A stretch of 64,000 nt of DNA from Octopus sinensis (lineage: Eukaryota), in assembly GCF_006345805.1 (NCBI RefSeq), contig NC_042998.1, positions 144,460,001-144,524,000 of the forward strand, given 5' to 3'. The translations under genes and the position numbers were made by a program. The notes below the pieces were generated by a model. The model saw only the letters and a list, made by a program, of their open reading frames with translations. It had not been told where the DNA came from and did no database searches. Shown here in pieces: positions 60,116 to 64,000 of this stretch (position 1 is its first letter; each line of letters starts with the position of its first letter).

Positions 60116-63100
60116 CTGTTAGGATGGACAAGAGTCTATATTTCTCTGTGGGAGCCACATCAGGCTCCATTGTTTGTCTTGGCATGGTTCCTATGGCTAG
60201 ATGCCTTTTATGTGGCACCAATATCAATTCTGCTGTGGTGGATGGGTCTTCTTGAGACTGCCAGATATCTCTGTCGTTTATACATGTGCATGACAGGCTC
60301 CTATAGTTTTCTTCTACTATTTTCATTCACAAAGCATAGATCATCTCAAGAATGTTGTAGACAACAGTTGGCCCTGGTGCCATGCTGCAGGAATGAACTT
60401 GAAATCAACTGGTAGTGAAGTGCACTACTGTGGTTAAGAAATTCATTTTGCAACTAGTTGGTTTTGGATTCATTCTTTCAGCATGGTGCTATAGGCAACT
60501 GTTGTCTATAACAGTCTCAATATGACTAGTTCCTTATGAATGAAAAGGATAGAAGGAAATGTCTGAAAATCTATATTGTGTGTGTGTATAGATAGATAGA
60601 TATTTCCACATCCAATTCATCCCAATATGGAATATAAGTGTAAAATATTGATGTGTTTATTATATATGAAATAAAGATGATGATTATCACTGTAATTCTA
60701 TGTCCACTTTCCAAGCAAACATGGTCCAAACCAATCCTTATTCAAACAACACTAAGGACATTGTTTTTTCGGTTTTACATCATAATCTCTGTTCATTTAA
60801 GGCGATTGTATTTGAGAAAGTGAATAGAAGATTGGTTGGGGAAGTGAAAGGGGAGAGAGAGAGAGTATGAGAGTGATGGGAGATAAAAAGTGAAAGAATT
60901 TTTAGGAGAAGGAAACAGTGAAAACTATAAGATGACAGGAGGTTATAAGTTGATTGCTGGCTAGTACTTTATTTTATTAACCTTGAAAGGATGAAAGACA
61001 AAGCTGATCTTCACAGGATTTGAATCATCATCATTTTATGTTCACTTTCCATGCTGGCATGGGGTAGATCCATTCTAATTTTTCAGACTAAGCAAAAGCC
61101 TCAAACAAAAGCTTAGTGGTTCTTGAATGATGTCATGTGGATTTATTAAAGTATAATTTATAATTTAAGCTTTTAGAAAATTTCTACTAATGCTAGAGTC
61201 TTGATAAAACATGTAATTCATAAGTTTCTTAAATTCAAGCAGAATTAATGATTTCTTATACTGGCATAAGGTCAGAAATTTGAGGAGGGAACAGTTGATT
61301 TCTATTGACCAAAGTACTTGGCTAGCACTTATTTTATTAACTTCAAAAGGATGAAAAATCAAGTCAACTTTGGCAAGATTTGAACTCAGAATGTAAAGAA
61401 CTGTAGCTAAATACCTCTAACATGTCTGCCATGAACTGTCTTTTACTCAAGTATGATTAACAAAATGGAGGAAGCAATAGTTTACTATATTTAAAAAAAA
61501 ATATTTTTCATGTTAAAACAGTATTTTAACTTTTCATGCAAAGTATACCAGTAATTTTTTTAATTGTTCAATGCAGTACAAGGTCAAAAACGATTAAGAA
61601 CCACTGCATTAGATAAGACACTTGTTATTTTCACTTCAGTTTTTATGCCTGTCCTCACATATAGCTATGAATGTTGGACTGGCAGAAAGAATATGGTCAG
61701 AAATACATGCAACCAAAATGGAGTTACTTCATAGGATATCTGGAGTAATGTTACTCAACAGTGTGCATAGCTTTTTTATGGCTGGGTTCTAACCCAGGCG
61801 GCAGCAACAAAGTCCACTTGCCACATCTCTCAGTCCAACTTCACTGCCTCAAGATCCTAGATACATTCCAGGTCAGTGTCTGCAATCATGTTGTTGATGT
61901 ATATCTAACAATGTTTTCCTCTTTTTAAATAACCATGAAGTCGGTTCCACAAGACTAATTTGGATGCTCCCACTTCAGAGTGGCGGATGCAGAATAGATA
62001 GTCACAGCTGTCTTTGTTTGATCTTCTCACTAACTTTCAGCAGATCTCCATAAAGGCATTCATTTGTCATATGTTGTTGCATAGCTTAGAGATCCTGGAG
62101 TCTCTCCTGGTCAAGCCACTACTTCTCTGCATTGAGAGTTACAACTTTGATACTATGGGCATGTGATTAGAATGTTGCAGGAATGGATTGGAAAACAACT
62201 TCATTAAGCTGAGCCAAATGGCAGAAGTCCTAGGGGTAGACTAAGAACGTGATGGTTGGTATAATATCTATATAGTCTCTTTTTGTCACTTGTGAAACAG
62301 CTGGAAAGTGTAATGATAGTTGCTTCTGATAGGACTCTTTGGAAGAAGTGCCTGAGGACTCTACCCTTACAACCCACATAGAAATAGTGGATGGAGAAGA
62401 TGGATGGATGAGTTAGATATGTCACTGTTTGTAACCACTGAAACTTACAAAACTTGACTGAAGACTTAATTATGCCAACATATTGTTGATAATCTCAGAT
62501 TCTGGATTTCATTTTGAAGTTATAGATCAACCTAATCTGGATTAAGCCATTACAATACAATGCTCACACCACCAATCGGTGAAAGTACTTTTTACAAGAA
62601 ACTTCAAGATATTGACTGTTATATATGTGTGTGTATACAATATACATACATACATGAAAAGAGGTTGAAAATGCACTTGGAGCCTTTAAAAAGATTCATT
62701 TAGATTTACCAAGTTGAGATAAATAATGCTATAGCTCCAGATCTCTATCTTACACTTCATTTGTTCGTGCATTCATTTTTTACATCCCCTTTTCCATGCT
62801 AGCATGGGTTAAATACATATATTAATGATGGCCTTCCTGAAGAAAGGGATCTCTTATTTCACATAACTTCAAAGATGTGAAGAGAGTGGATGATTTATTG
62901 ATAGAAGTGAGAATGCTGCATATAGTAACTTCACACTATGTTTGAAAATTATGAAACTGGTGAAGTTGTATATGAATTTTTTCAAAGAGTTCAAGTGCAT
63001 TTTAACTTCTTAATACTTCTATTCCTCCTTTAAAAAAAGCTTCTTTTCCTGTACATATACACATTTGTATGTATGCACAATGACAGTTATTATTTTAAAG

Positions 63101-63198
63101 CAAGTTTAAGAATAACAATGAAGCATTTATTGATGGTGGTGGTGATGGTGACTCTATATTGAGAGTAGAGTCAAATTTATAAATAAAATCAATGTCAC

Positions 63199-63420
63199 CT
63201 GAGATTTTAAGTTTCATCTGATTGAATAAGTCATCAAGCAAACTTAAAGTCGCAGTTAACACAAATTTTATAAGTATTTAATGTTGACTTAGGGAAGAAT
63301 GAGTACTCGATAACATAGAGATTAAGAATGTATTTATTTTGGTTGAGTCAGTCACTTGATACGTTGAGTTTTGCCTGAAGAGCCTGTATATTCGTAGGTG
63401 AAACTCAGAGTAGCAAGATG
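63199..63420 (-). CDS. Two candidate micro-exons (63420-63356 and 63242-63199): HLATLSFTYEYTGSSGKTQRI(N)LLDDLFNQMKLKIS
   Basis: AG/GT boundaries around a 113-nt intron; phases 0-2 and 2-1 chain into the 60115 exon. Some splice sites are only moderate. Confidence 0.35.
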
Positions 63421-64000
63421 CTGAGTTGACCAAAATAAAATTAACACACATACCAGTAGACAAAATTTCAAAGGTAAAAATAATAGCATTGCTAGAGTGT
63501 GCATGGTTAGATTTTCAGCAAGAATTTTCAAATACTTTCCTTTAAATTATGTTAAATTCTATAAATATCTGAATATCTAACCACATGCATGCACACACAC
63601 ACAAATATATATATGTGCATGTATGTATGTTGATATTTGTCATGCTGAAGTTTCCAAGTAAGTTACATTAGAGTTTATCATGTGTTCATACTCTTGAAAG
63701 TTTTACTATGTTTACTCAGTTTCTCAGTAGTAGCAGGTATAAAATGATTGAATATTAAGTACTCTTTTAATGGTTCAATTTACACAATTGTATGTATATG
63801 TGTGTGTGTGTCTCTGTTAATATCTATCTACAGATACACAATGCACACACTCACACATCAAATGTGTGTGTGTTGTTTACATCACAAGAATTTAGAAATT
63901 TTGGAGACATGAAATAAATAGTTTATAACAGTGGAATGCAAAGTAGAAAACGCTACAACCGTGTAAATATTGGATCAAAAAACCTTTTGGATAAGAAAAG

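Overview
AT-rich eukaryotic DNA dense in microsatellites and transposons. The SINE, RTE-LINE and MITE families and the (CA)n/(TA)n load point to a coleoid cephalopod, probably Octopus (inference). The window holds the 3' part of one unidentified + strand gene: five phase-compatible coding exons (7285-8261, 33545-33838, its near-identical duplicate 38247-38537, 42063-42097, 42504-42602) encoding a long low-complexity, N-glycosylation-rich C-terminus. A few small candidate exons of a converging - strand gene lie at 50-63.5 kb. The introns carry a young full-length Gypsy-like LTR retrotransposon (9044-13211, ATTGC TSD, LTRs differing at 2/276 nt) and a nearly intact RTE LINE (50850-54564). They also carry Tc1/mariner and piggyBac-type MITEs, Helitron, R4/Dong, Penelope-like, BEL-like, CR1-like and other LINE/LTR relics, and many SINEs. 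The most striking observation is the primer-binding site of the LTR element: it is not TGG-type but is the exact 12-nt reverse complement of the 5' END of tRNA-Phe, suggesting priming by a 5' tRNA fragment. Other highlights are a textbook -1 frameshift pseudoknot, an exon duplication showing signs of gene conversion, and a LINE ORF that lacks an ATG and begins exactly at a strong splice acceptor. No CRISPR array, rRNA or genuine tRNA gene was seen.
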